64,000 nucleotides of DNA from NCBI GenBank assembly GCA_050251055.1, contig JBFWNL010000003.1, positions 1 to 64,000 on the forward strand, written 5' to 3'. The position numbers were made by a program, and so were the translations under genes. Below, piece after piece: positions 38,390 to 50,215 of the stretch (positions are counted from its first letter, which is position 1; each line of letters starts with the position of its first letter). Below the pieces are notes generated by a model, which saw only the letters and a list, made by a program, of their open reading frames with translations, was not told the origin of the DNA and made no database searches. Source of the DNA: Bacteriovoracia bacterium (GTDB lineage: Bacteria; Bdellovibrionota; UBA1018; JBFWNL01).

Positions 38390-38492
38390 GTAAACACTTT
38401 ATATTACTTGTATTTTTCGATCAACATTACAAATAGGGCTCTATATTATTGAAACAGAGGCGGCGCGCCAGAAGCACTGCCTCAAAGCGCCC

Positions 38493-38521
38493 TTGATTTA
38501 CCTTCCCGAGGTAGGTAAGAA
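38493..38521 (+). promoter_or_regulatory. Sigma70-like promoter of fusA (TTGATT-17-TAAGAA)
   Basis: Spacing; RBS AGGAG downstream. Confidence 0.45.
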
Positions 38522-38556
38522 CGTTAAATTCCAACTTCTTAGGAGACTAACCAGCC

Positions 38557-40668
<2,112 letters not shown>

Positions 40669-40688
40669 CCTTCATCTCGCGAATCTTC

Positions 40689-40723
40689 AAAAGGCCGGTT
40701 CCTTCACGGGACCGGCCTTTTTT
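40689..40723 (+). terminator. Intrinsic terminator of fusA
   Basis: AAAAGGCCGGTTCC-TTCAC-GGGACCGGCC-TTTTTT. Confidence 0.9.
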
Positions 40724-40861
40724 GTTTCTGGCGGCGGGGGGCTACCCAGCTGGAATTCAAGCGGCCCCAACCGTCAATTTACACCACGCGCCTATCTCTC
40801 GCGCGCGGGATCCCCTACACTGAAAGTCCGCTCTATACGGGCGGCGAAAGGGGGTGGTGCC

Positions 40862-40915
40862 ATGATGATTACATCGAGTAGCCAACCCATGGCGAACGGG
40901 GTGATGGCGCTCTAA
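40862..40915 (+). CDS. Candidate 17-aa leader/micropeptide MMITSSSQPMANGVMAL
   Basis: Preceded by extended SD GAAAGGGGGTGGT at 40846-40858. Confidence 0.4.
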   Translation: MMITSSSQPMANGVMAL

Positions 40916-40966
40916 ACGAGCGACATCGCGAATCGTAGTTTCCCGTTCGCCATTGGGAAGCTTTTG

Positions 40967-41005
40967 CGGGGAGGCGTTCATTTCGATGGGCGCTTCCCCG
41001 TTTTT
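40967..41005 (+). terminator. Intrinsic terminator
   Basis: CGGGGAGGCGTTCAT-TTCG-ATGGGCGCTTCCCCG-TTTTT. Confidence 0.85.
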
Positions 41006-41192
41006 ACTTGAGCCCTGCGTCTACGAAGACACAGGATCGCGGCTTAGAAGGCTGTCGATTTCCTAAACGGATCTTTCGTCGCCCCTCCTGAATTCATTGG
41101 GATTTTATTTGGTCCCGGTCTTGCTCTTACCTATCCATAAGTTCAACAAATTCCGAAGAGTAAGTGACCGCTCAACCGATTATGGGCAAGGT

Positions 41193-43499
41193 ATGAAACG
41201 GGATCTGGTTACCGCATCTTTGATTTTCTTTTTCGGCGCCATGCTCGCGTCCATGCCGAGCTTCGCCGAAGACCCCGAGGTTGCATCGGCGATTGATCAA
41301 AGCATCAACCGCGTCGCCACGCCGGGACTCTACTTCCAGATCGGTACCCTCCAAGAAGCCCAGCTCGGCGACGTGCTCGGCGCCCACCTGCAGAACAACC
41401 CGCAATTCCTGCAAAAAGCGCTCGAAAAAGTCGAGGGCGCGCTGACCGGCTACACCGCGGTCCTGGGCCCGTTCGATGACGCCACGACATCCGGCGAGAA
41501 CGCGGATGCGATGAGCCTGCTCAATCACTTCTCCACGTTGACCCCCGTGGATGCTAACGGAAAGCCGATCCCGATCGTGCCGATGAAGCTTCGTAACGAC
41601 AGCGGCGTGGAGCGCGACGCAAAGTCGTGGTTCGCCGTCCACGTTCCGAAGCCGGTCGAGGGCCAACCCCCGCCCGTTCAGTTTGAAAGCGAGCTCGAAG
41701 CCAATCCCATCGAGTATGTCCCCTTGGACGATCAAGGCACGGTTCGCGTGACTTTCCGTATGCGTCGACTTTCCGCTCGCGTACGCGGCGCCCGCTTCGG
41801 ATACGCGTATCAAACTCCGGAAACCGTGGATAAGGTCGACGTCCTGGGTCGCCCGGTCTACGACTCCACGGGGCGCCCCGAACAAGTCCTCGTGCCCCCG
41901 ACCTTCCAAGATTTGCCGCTCGGCGAAGATGGCCAACCCCTGGATCCGATCGACGCTAGCGTCGATTTCCAGCAGCCCACGGTCACTTTCGTAGTGAAGA
42001 TGCCCGCGCGCGGAAGCTTGAAAGTGGAAGTACTAGACCTGCAGGTGAACCCGGGCCAGCCGGGCACCGTGAAAGCAAACATCGACTTCCGCCAACGCAC
42101 GATCCGCATCCCGGAGGTACCGGGACCACGTCAACCGGACGAGAGTTCAGTCGAAATCACGCTCGGGGAAAAAAGCGCGACCCAGATCCAGGATCTCGCG
42201 ACGACGAACATGGTGGCGTATCTCACCCGCCTCCCCACGTCACCCACTTTTCAGGAAAAAATGGTGGACCAAGCCAAGGTAGATCTCTCCACCGCCATTC
42301 AAGCCGCGATCCAAACCGAGCGCGTGCCAGTGTCCACGACGATCCCGATCAACTTCGTACGCATCCTGGCCAACCTCAAGGCCCAGATCGGCGACGGCTT
42401 GAGCCTGCGCCAGAACCCGATGCAATCAGCCCGCGAAGCTCCGAGCGAGCGAGAAGCCCGGCGATCGGCGGTGGATTTCCAACTGCTAGAAATCGGTAAC
42501 TCCGTGAGCGCGCTCCAGGCCGTGACCGACCCCGGTGCGCTGGAAAAGCTAATTCTGGGATTGGATGCGGTCGATTTGCTTTGGATTTCCAGCCTCGCTT
42601 CCCGGCCCAACGCCGCCGAAACGGCCAAGGCGCGGGCAGAGGCCAGACGGAAGCTTCTCAAACTTTTGGACAAAAAACCTTCCGAAATCACGGCCAAAGA
42701 CTTTAACTCCGTACGCGACGAAATCACGAGACTCCTTCTCTTGACCCGGGGGCAGGCAAGTTTGGACGGCGTTTTCATCTCCGCTGAGGAAGCAAGCTAC
42801 CTACGGCGCTACCGGAATATTCTCGACGGCATCGGAAAATCCCGTTCGATCGTCTTCAGGGCCTCGGAGGTGGGCACCGACCTTGAGCACGGGGTTTTCG
42901 CCATGGAAGCGTACGTACAGGGCGCCCGCCAAGTCTTGTACCCACTATCCGAATGTGACTGGCGCCCCGAGTTTCGGCGTGCCCGCGAGTCGCGCCTGAG
43001 TATCAGCCTGGAAATCATCAATAACCTCTTGGAGTTTTTCACCGACGCCGGAGAACTCGATCCCTTCCTCAAGGAAAGCGGCCTAAAGCTCCGAGCTCCG
43101 CCAAAGCTGGTGGCGATTCCGGGCACCAACCAGTTCGAGTTCCGCATCAAGGGCGACAAAGGTGGAACCCAGATCGATCTCATGGCCAAGCTTCGCATCG
43201 GGCCTTCGGCCGACGGCCGCGGCCTCCGCATCTATGACCTGCAAGCCAGCCGGACCGACGTCGTCGTGAACTACCCTTGGGATATTCTGGTGTCGGCACT
43301 CGATAGCTTGTTCGGAATTTCCGGCGGACGCTTCAAGGACGCCGTTAACGGCATGAAAACCAAGGTTGGGGAACCCATCGACATCCCGGCGCTCGATCAG
43401 CTGAAGCTGCGGGTAACCGACGTGAGCAACGACACCGCGGGCGTCACGAGCTTCTATTTCGTACCGACCAGCGCCGCAAATACGGAGGGCGCCCGATGA
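41193..43499 (+). CDS. Large secreted protein, BPI/LBP (TULIP)-like
   Basis: Signal peptide; PGLYFQIG near N-terminus; RLSISLEIINNLLEFFTDAGEL resembles the BPI C-domain helix. Confidence 0.75.
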   Translation: MKRDLVTASLIFFFGAMLASMPSFAEDPEVASAIDQSINRVATPGLYFQIGTLQEAQLGDVLGAHLQNNPQFLQKALEKVEGALTGYTAVLGPFDDATTSGENADAMSLLNHFSTLTPVDANGKPIPIVPMKLRNDSGVERDAKSWFAVHVPKPVEGQPPPVQFESELEANPIEYVPLDDQGTVRVTFRMRRLSARVRGARFGYAYQTPETVDKVDVLGRPVYDSTGRPEQVLVPPTFQDLPLGEDGQPLDPIDASVDFQQPTVTFVVKMPARGSLKVEVLDLQVNPGQPGTVKANIDFRQRTIRIPEVPGPRQPDESSVEITLGEKSATQIQDLATTNMVAYLTRLPTSPTFQEKMVDQAKVDLSTAIQAAIQTERVPVSTTIPINFVRILANLKAQIGDGLSLRQNPMQSAREAPSEREARRSAVDFQLLEIGNSVSALQAVTDPGALEKLILGLDAVDLLWISSLASRPNAAETAKARAEARRKLLKLLDKKPSEITAKDFNSVRDEITRLLLLTRGQASLDGVFISAEEASYLRRYRNILDGIGKSRSIVFRASEVGTDLEHGVFAMEAYVQGARQVLYPLSECDWRPEFRRARESRLSISLEIINNLLEFFTDAGELDPFLKESGLKLRAPPKLVAIPGTNQFEFRIKGDKGGTQIDLMAKLRIGPSADGRGLRIYDLQASRTDVVVNYPWDILVSALDSLFGISGGRFKDAVNGMKTKVGEPIDIPALDQLKLRVTDVSNDTAGVTSFYFVPTSAANTEGAR

Positions 43500-46042
43500 A
43501 AAAACTACCGAACTTCGATTGTTTTTCGTGGCGCTTGCTCGCGCTCGCCTTGGCGTTAGGCCAACCCGGAACCGCTGCCCACGCCGACGTATATTTCCGC
43601 ATCGGTCAATCCGGGCTGCAAAAAGTGCTGGAAGAGGAATTCGCGGCCCGAATCAACGGCTCGATTCCGCCCGAGTTATCGTGGCTCCATGTCGAGAAGC
43701 AGAATCATGACTTCCTTGTTTGCGGAAACGCGAATCGACTAGATGTCACGGTGCCAAAGTCTACGCCTACCGCCGGTCCGGTCACCTCCGCTTCGACGCC
43801 GGGAGCCGCCGCGTCCGTCCAGGCCGTTCGACTCCCACAACCTGCCGGCACGAGCCTCAGCTACGAAACCACCGAAAAAGGCATCCGTTTACGCTTCGTG
43901 CCGAGCGAAGTCGATCTAAACATCCACGAGCTCAACGCCAAGATCGAGAAAATGACCGTTCAGCAGGGGGACAACACGATCACGCTGAACAACAAAACCG
44001 CCCGCGTACGCGACCTGCGTATCCACGGCAACGACCCCGCCCATCCGCCGGTGGAGATTTCCTTCGAACTCGTGAAGGGCGCCGACGGCCTCTTCACGCT
44101 CGCGAGCTCCGACGTGAAGGTAAACCCCGCGTCCCTTACCTTAGAGAAAGGCGCGCTAGAAGTGAATGGCCGGCTGCCGGGGCTTTCTGGCGCCGAATGG
44201 GATACGGCGGTCGCTGACTTGGCTTGGCGGCAGGTCCTGGCGAACCGGGAAATGATCGCCCGGCGTTACGTCGAGGAAAAGAAAGCAGAACTCCAAAGCC
44301 AGGTACAGGCACTCGTGACGGAAAAACTGAATCCTCCTCTCCTGCAAGCGTATAACCAGTCGGTTTCCGAAGAAATCCAGCTAATGCTGCGGCAAATCGA
44401 ATTCGTGCAAAACGGCGTCAACGGCGCGCTTTACTCGCCGGAGAACTGTTTCGCGCTTTATCCAGGACCTTCGAGCGTAGAAGAAGTCACCACGGCGCGG
44501 GATCTGGCGCTCTTGCTTCCCCCGGACGAGCTCAATCACCGAATCCGCGAGCAGCTCCAAAAAGGCACGTCGTTCGAGCTCAAGCGTGGGCGCTTCCAAC
44601 TGGAAGACCTGAGCTACGTCTTCCCCAAGGACGGAAGGTACTATCTAGACGTCAAGGGCACGTATGAAACAGATGAGATCCAGGCACGCACGGGCGTGCG
44701 GGTGACCTCGGCCCAAACTACCGCCCACCTCGAAGTAGTGCCGAAGATCGAAAATGGCCAGATTAAGCTCTATCTTTATGAAGCGCCCGGCGCCGAGTTT
44801 GCGGCGCAGGTGCCCCTAAACGGACGTCCGAGCGAAGGCATCGGCGCGCGCTACCAGGTGACGGGCCGCACTCCCGACGGCCGGAGTACCGGGCGCGTTA
44901 CTTTAGACGACGGAACGGAATGGGTCATCGGCCGTGCTTTCTTTGAAACCGGCTTCGTCAAACTCGACCGCCCGGATGGCACCGAAGAAACCCTCACCGG
45001 CCAGCAGTACTTGGAGCGTAAAATCGGCAGTAAAATGAACAAGCAGGTATACGTGGTACGACCGCCTTCCATGCGCGCGCGCGCGGATGGGACTTTCGCC
45101 GTGAGCCTCGAGCTGGAATTGCAAGTGAAGGACTTCAAAGATGCCGAGATGATCGGAAAAAGCTTCGAGGTTTGGCAGCCGACCGATCTGGACCAGGTGG
45201 AGCGCGATAACGCGCGTTCGCGACTGCAATCCCTCTACATGCAGCGCGCCTTGGACGAGTCCGGCTATGACCCGGACAGCCGTTCGCGATCCGGGCTCAG
45301 TAAATACTACCAGAAAATAAAAGACATCCCCGCCGCGGGCCCGGTTACCGATGAGGAAAAACGATTGCATGCGATCGCCACGCGGGCACCGAATCCACGC
45401 CTCTCAAACAAACCGGGCGAGGGACGCTGGGTGCCGAAAACCACCTTTAATGTACAGATGGATCTACGAATGCAGCCCGTGTGGCGGAACGGGCGCTGGG
45501 AATTCGTCTACCAGAAAGTAGCGTCTGCGACTCTCACCGGCCTAGGGGAAAACACCAAACAGCGACGGACTCCCGGCTTTAAGACTTCGCTCGATCGTAA
45601 TCATGCCTGGCTCACGGACGGCATATTGGGCAAGGGACTGAACAGCACCCTTTTGGCCGAGAACGCCAAGATCGCCGGCACGATCGATCAAGAAATCCGT
45701 GGCACGACCAAAGGCGCGATTGTGCTTTTTGATGTTGACCCGAACGATCCGCCGATCCGCAAGACCATCCTGGAAGGCCAAGAGCTGGTACGCGAGTATA
45801 TGGGACGCGACTCCGATATCTCCCGCATGGGCATCGACGGAAACGGGCAGATTTACGTGGATCTCGCGATGACGGCGGCCCCCCCGGGCACCCAAACTCC
45901 GGCGATTCCGCCCATCGACATCCAGGGCAAATTTAACGACGCGATCCGCTCGCGCCTGCCGAGCGGCCTGCAATGGCACCCCGATACCTTGGGTATCGAC
46001 GCGGACGGATCACTCCGCGTGGAAGGTGATTTTTCCAAATAG
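43496..46042 (+). CDS. Large secreted protein, BPI/LBP (TULIP)-like
   Basis: ATGA overlap; signal peptide; DVYFRIGQSGLQKV; DLALLLPPDELNHRI. Confidence 0.75.
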   Translation: MKKLPNFDCFSWRLLALALALGQPGTAAHADVYFRIGQSGLQKVLEEEFAARINGSIPPELSWLHVEKQNHDFLVCGNANRLDVTVPKSTPTAGPVTSASTPGAAASVQAVRLPQPAGTSLSYETTEKGIRLRFVPSEVDLNIHELNAKIEKMTVQQGDNTITLNNKTARVRDLRIHGNDPAHPPVEISFELVKGADGLFTLASSDVKVNPASLTLEKGALEVNGRLPGLSGAEWDTAVADLAWRQVLANREMIARRYVEEKKAELQSQVQALVTEKLNPPLLQAYNQSVSEEIQLMLRQIEFVQNGVNGALYSPENCFALYPGPSSVEEVTTARDLALLLPPDELNHRIREQLQKGTSFELKRGRFQLEDLSYVFPKDGRYYLDVKGTYETDEIQARTGVRVTSAQTTAHLEVVPKIENGQIKLYLYEAPGAEFAAQVPLNGRPSEGIGARYQVTGRTPDGRSTGRVTLDDGTEWVIGRAFFETGFVKLDRPDGTEETLTGQQYLERKIGSKMNKQVYVVRPPSMRARADGTFAVSLELELQVKDFKDAEMIGKSFEVWQPTDLDQVERDNARSRLQSLYMQRALDESGYDPDSRSRSGLSKYYQKIKDIPAAGPVTDEEKRLHAIATRAPNPRLSNKPGEGRWVPKTTFNVQMDLRMQPVWRNGRWEFVYQKVASATLTGLGENTKQRRTPGFKTSLDRNHAWLTDGILGKGLNSTLLAENAKIAGTIDQEIRGTTKGAIVLFDVDPNDPPIRKTILEGQELVREYMGRDSDISRMGIDGNGQIYVDLAMTAAPPGTQTPAIPPIDIQGKFNDAIRSRLPSGLQWHPDTLGIDADGSLRVEGDFSK

Positions 46043-46077
46043 TCCGCCGCGCGCATCGAGCCCCTCTGAGCTTACGC

Positions 46078-46902
46078 TCAATTTTCTGAGGAAGTGCGTT
46101 CCACCTCGGCCAAAGGCGCCGGGGCCGGCGAAGTCGGCGCGTTTTCCCACGGGGATAGCTTCAATGGGTAAATGAGCTTAATTCCCCGCTTCGTCTCCAA
46201 ATCTAGTTCGTCCGACCACATTCCTTTTTTGTAATTCGTATCGATCACCAGCGCATTGAAATCCGCGCCATCCCGGCTTAACTCATAATGTCCTAGCGAT
46301 CCGCCGTTTGGCTCGGAAGGGTGAAACGCCAGATCAAACGCCCACCGCTCCCAGTTCAACGCGTAATACCGGTACTCAAGTCGGAGGGACTGTTTCTCCA
46401 TGCCGGGAAAAAACTGTAACTCCTTGGCCGGGCGGCCGGCCGGTTGGATGAAAATCACGTGGTATCCGCCCGTTTCGTAGATACAGGCTCCATCACCGTG
46501 CGCTAAACTCGCCACCGGCCAATGGTCACCCGACGCAGGCTCGATCTCCGGTGCCGGCGGCGCTCCCTCCCCTTTCACCGGCGCTCGGAAAGTTTTCTTG
46601 CGGATTCCGATCATCCGGCCCTCGGCGTCAACCACGCCCACGATCTGCATGAAAAGATCGTCCGCGTAAAAATATTCGTAACGAGTGGGCTTCTCGGTCC
46701 CCGGCAACGCACGCAAGTTGCGCACGAAGGTATAGGTGAGATGCACTTCATCCGCGCCCAACGGCTTTAGCCAGGATCGGTAAAGCGCGAGCTGGCTTTC
46801 GCCGGGAGCAGTCGGCGGCGCGTCCGCCAACTCCGCGCCCGAAGCACTTCCCAGACACAAAAAGACCGCAAGCCAAAGAAAACGACAAATCCCCAAAAAC
46901 AC
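46078..46902 (-). CDS. Secreted hypothetical protein
   Basis: Signal peptide; 274-aa ORF. Confidence 0.65.
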   Translation of the reverse strand: MFLGICRFLWLAVFLCLGSASGAELADAPPTAPGESQLALYRSWLKPLGADEVHLTYTFVRNLRALPGTEKPTRYEYFYADDLFMQIVGVVDAEGRMIGIRKKTFRAPVKGEGAPPAPEIEPASGDHWPVASLAHGDGACIYETGGYHVIFIQPAGRPAKELQFFPGMEKQSLRLEYRYYALNWERWAFDLAFHPSEPNGGSLGHYELSRDGADFNALVIDTNYKKGMWSDELDLETKRGIKLIYPLKLSPWENAPTSPAPAPLAEVERTSSEN

Positions 46903-47021
46903 CGATGCGCCCTCAAATTCTAACCCGAAGCAAACTCTCGCCGCTTAATTAGTGCAGCGCATCAGCAATAGCAATGAGGGGGAATTATTTTTTTAAATAA
47001 TTGAAATTATTAAACTTTAAA

Positions 47022-47771
47022 TCAAGAACACAGTTGGGTTAGCACTCCCTGATCCTTCAAGGAAAGCCCGACGAAACGAACGGCGAACCCACCTGGGTAC
47101 TTTCCATTCGGCTCCGCCTTGCGCACCACTTCGGCCGCGCACTGAATCGTGCGCAGCTGATCGAGCGCTAATCTGACCGAGCACCGTGAACCCACCTGGA
47201 TTTGGCCCAACGAAACCTGCCGGCGATTCTCGTCGACACCTTCCTCGAACGCGAAGAATGCTCCGCTCTTGGAGACGTCGTACGTGCGGGTGTTGATGCT
47301 GGGACCGGTGACTTGCCGGACATGCGCGGCCACCGCTAGCAGCTTACGCGGCGAAATCCGCCACCAGCGAAGCGTCGGTTCGAGTAACGCCAGCCCCGCG
47401 TCCCGCAAAAAGAGCGCGCACACCGAGAGCGCGGCGAGCAGCGTCGAGATAAACGCCCATAGCCAGCGGGGATCCTCGGCGGGATCGGAAGTGAGCGCGA
47501 AGTACTCGCTCACCAGCCAATTGTTCCACCCCACGACGAACACGAAAAGCGGGCCGGCGTACTTCAAAGCCGGCGACGCGTGATAAGCGAGCAAAGCATT
47601 TGCGAACGAAACACTCATCACGATCCAATTCATGGGCGTCAGCTTGGCGAGGATCTCAGTGAGCTCAGTGGGTGGGTGCCCGAAGGCGAGCATCACCTGC
47701 AATGGCAGGCTCAGCCCCACGGCCGCGAACACGGCCGACATGAACAAGAATATTTTAGGCTTCCGTTTCAT
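47022..47771 (-). CDS. Membrane protein with C-terminal PilZ domain
   Basis: Four TMs, then RISPR (RxxxR) and DVSKSG (DxSxxG), GFAVRF. Confidence 0.88.
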   Translation of the reverse strand: MKRKPKIFLFMSAVFAAVGLSLPLQVMLAFGHPPTELTEILAKLTPMNWIVMSVSFANALLAYHASPALKYAGPLFVFVVGWNNWLVSEYFALTSDPAEDPRWLWAFISTLLAALSVCALFLRDAGLALLEPTLRWWRISPRKLLAVAAHVRQVTGPSINTRTYDVSKSGAFFAFEEGVDENRRQVSLGQIQVGSRCSVRLALDQLRTIQCAAEVVRKAEPNGKYPGGFAVRFVGLSLKDQGVLTQLCS

Positions 47772-47818
47772 AAATTTCTCGCTCGAGTTTCAGGTTTGAA
47801 AACCGGCTCGCCGCCGGA

Positions 47819-48949
47819 TTAGACTTTGGAGAAGTGGTAGCAGTAACTGACGGTCCGGTTGACGTAGCCGCGAATGCCGCGCATTTCCTGGGTCTTGAGC
47901 CAGCCGCGACCGTGTTTCTTCAGCGAAGCGTACACGCGCGAATAGCCCGCGTTGTAGCTCGCCAGCATGAGCTGCGTGTGCGCCATCTCGGGATCCGGGA
48001 ACGTCTTGCGGATGTAGTCGAGATTTTCCGGCGTAGACCAACGGTCCGCCAGGTAGTGCGCATAAGCGAGCCCGCCTCGCACCGACTTTCGGGTATCCAG
48101 ACGCCACTCGTTCTCGGGGTTCATCTTCTTGAGCATCACGAGCGCCCGCAACCAAGGTACCGGCATCTCGTGGGCCTGCGGGTAGCGTGGAAAGTCCGGG
48201 AACTGGTGGATGACTTCCTGTTCGGCGAGCGTGGTCATCTGCGTGAGGCCAATCGCCTTCGCCCAGCTGATCACCCGCGGATCAAATCCCGACTCTTGAG
48301 CGACGAGCCCCGCCGTGAAAGCGGGGCTGAATCCTTCCTTAACCGACTCTTCCTCAATCATTTTCAAAACGCGTTCACTGGGGGAAAAGTCCGCCGTATT
48401 GGAAACACTATGAAGCCGGAACGCCATGCACTCGGGCTCCTCGAAGCGTGCGTACCCATAGGCGCCGGACTGCCCCTGATAAGTGACTTCAATCAAATTA
48501 TCTTCAGCCGCGGGCAAGCGCACCACCGGCACCGTGAGCAAGATCTTCCGCTCCTCGCCCCGGACCGAGGAAGATGCCTGACGCATCAAGGTTTCGGTCA
48601 CGTCGATTCCGTTATGGAAGATTTTCACGGCGGACACATCGAGATCCCCTCGAGGATCGACAACCTCCAGCTCCATTGGGGAAGGTCCGTGCCACACCTG
48701 CCGCCCGGGCTTTCCAAAGTAGATCTTAGCCTGACTTGCCGGACCGTCTCCCATCGCTACCGTACGGGAACCTCCCACGCCGGCACGCCGATGAATCTGC
48801 TCACGAATATCCTCATTGACCCGGGCCGGAAAAAAGCTCCAAACCGCGCCCAAAGGGGTGCTTGGGCCCGCACACCCGGTGGTCCATCCCACGAATATCA
48901 CGGGAAAAGACGTTAGAAATGATAATTTTTTAATATTATTAATTATCAT
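47819..48949 (-). CDS. Lipoprotein lytic transglycosylase (SLT domain)
   Basis: Lipobox TTGC; AQESGF, AIGLTQM, LASYNAG. Confidence 0.85.
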   Translation of the reverse strand: MIINNIKKLSFLTSFPVIFVGWTTGCAGPSTPLGAVWSFFPARVNEDIREQIHRRAGVGGSRTVAMGDGPASQAKIYFGKPGRQVWHGPSPMELEVVDPRGDLDVSAVKIFHNGIDVTETLMRQASSSVRGEERKILLTVPVVRLPAAEDNLIEVTYQGQSGAYGYARFEEPECMAFRLHSVSNTADFSPSERVLKMIEEESVKEGFSPAFTAGLVAQESGFDPRVISWAKAIGLTQMTTLAEQEVIHQFPDFPRYPQAHEMPVPWLRALVMLKKMNPENEWRLDTRKSVRGGLAYAHYLADRWSTPENLDYIRKTFPDPEMAHTQLMLASYNAGYSRVYASLKKHGRGWLKTQEMRGIRGYVNRTVSYCYHFSKV

Positions 48950-48958
48950 TAACAAACA

Positions 48959-48987
48959 AGCTTAGAGGGTAGCGACTTCTTTGTCAA
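48959..48987 (-). promoter_or_regulatory. Near-consensus sigma70 promoter TTGACA-17-TAAGCT
   Basis: -35 at 48982-48987, -10 at 48959-48964 on the minus strand. Confidence 0.75.
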
Positions 48988-49011
48988 GAAGGCCAAAAGC
49001 GGGCCATGGGG

Positions 49012-50211
49012 TCAGACTCGACGCAGCCGCGCCGAAAGATGCAAAAACGCCAGTGCCAACGTCAGGGCGGCCGAAAGCCACATGCCTGATTGATACGTCA
49101 GCCAGTGATTCAGAAGGGCCGCCGCCGCCAAGGTGCCCACGCCCCAGTCAAAAAACTTCCCCACCAAAAGCTCCAACCCCACCACTTCGGGAAACTGCTC
49201 CGGCGTGGCAAGCTTACGCCGCAGGCTCTGGGTGGTCACCGCGTTCACGCCGTTACACAGGCCAGAAATAAACAACACCAACAAGGCCCAGGCGAAGTGC
49301 GGAAGCTCGATCAAGAGAAAGCGCGTCACCGCCAAAACCGCCAAGGCCAGAAACGCGAGCTTCGCGTCGCTCAGGGTGGCGGCCCACCGAGCGGCACGAC
49401 TACGGCCCGCGCGCAGATTCACCGCCGCCACGAGCGAACCCAGACCCGTGAGCGCATAGATGATGGCCGAGTGCTCAACTGGCAAGCCGTAATGGTCGGT
49501 GACCACGGAAAAAAGCAGATAGTTAAAGAGCGAGATCGGAATCCAATAGCCCATCGAACGGATGAGGAAGATCTGCAGCAAGCCCGGATAGCGTCGCAGA
49601 TATCCCAGCGGACGCAAGGAGGACGCACGGACCGTCTCCGCCCGACGATCTCCCCGTAAGCTGGCGCAAAGCGAAGCCGATATCAAAAACGAAGTGCCGT
49701 CCAAAACAAAGATCCATCCCATCGGCACGATCTGCAAGAATCCCAACGCGAAGAGCGGGCCCAAGAACTGCGCACTGTAAAGCCCCTGCAGGATTTCCGC
49801 CTGAAGCGATCGTTGATGCCCGACTTCTCCCAACCCTTGCGAATACGTTTCGCGCGCCATCTCGAAGTACTGCTTCATCGCCGTCGAGAAAAAAACTAAG
49901 CCTAACGCCACCGCCGGAGAAACCGCGTGCCCCATTCCCATGGCGATCGCGAAGAAAAACAGGATGGCAGCCGAAACCAGCTGAGTTCCCACCAAAATCT
50001 GCCGCAGCGAAAGAAAGCGCATCAGATAAGGACCGGTCCAGCCGCCCACGCCGACCGCTAAACTCCGCAACGGCACGCTGTAGGCCGCGATCGCGACGCT
50101 ACCGGATTGCTTATACAGGAACACCACCCACGCGAAGTACGACAGCCAATCCCCGAAGGAGGTGATAAAAGTCGTGAACGAAAGAACTCGATTTTCCTTT
50201 TGCATCGTCAT
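49012..50211 (-). CDS. MFS transporter (DHA3/MFS_3-like)
   Basis: About 12 TMs; SFGDWLSYFAWVVFLYKQSGS; LGPLFA..IF.LDG.SF.IS. Confidence 0.88.
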   Translation of the reverse strand: MTMQKENRVLSFTTFITSFGDWLSYFAWVVFLYKQSGSVAIAAYSVPLRSLAVGVGGWTGPYLMRFLSLRQILVGTQLVSAAILFFFAIAMGMGHAVSPAVALGLVFFSTAMKQYFEMARETYSQGLGEVGHQRSLQAEILQGLYSAQFLGPLFALGFLQIVPMGWIFVLDGTSFLISASLCASLRGDRRAETVRASSLRPLGYLRRYPGLLQIFLIRSMGYWIPISLFNYLLFSVVTDHYGLPVEHSAIIYALTGLGSLVAAVNLRAGRSRAARWAATLSDAKLAFLALAVLAVTRFLLIELPHFAWALLVLFISGLCNGVNAVTTQSLRRKLATPEQFPEVVGLELLVGKFFDWGVGTLAAAALLNHWLTYQSGMWLSAALTLALAFLHLSARLRRV

Positions 50212-50215
50212 CTCC

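Larger units (their letters stand above)
40729..41005 (+). ncRNA. Candidate structured RNA (sRNA or attenuator leader); 5' end uncertain
   Basis: Consecutive hairpins whose non-WC pairs are mostly G-U on the + strand; ends in a terminator. Confidence 0.55.

Noticed and set aside
40811-40855. Hammerhead-like CTGA..stem..GAAA
   Set aside because: Core reads CUGAAAG not CUGANGA, and there is no stem I
40820-41050. RNase P RNA resemblance (GAAAGTCCGC could pair with GCGGCTTA like P4)
   Set aside because: Lacks GAGGAAAG, the AGUGCCACAGAAA-type region and a usable P1/P2; a terminator lies between the halves; GGCTTA is explained by a local hairpin
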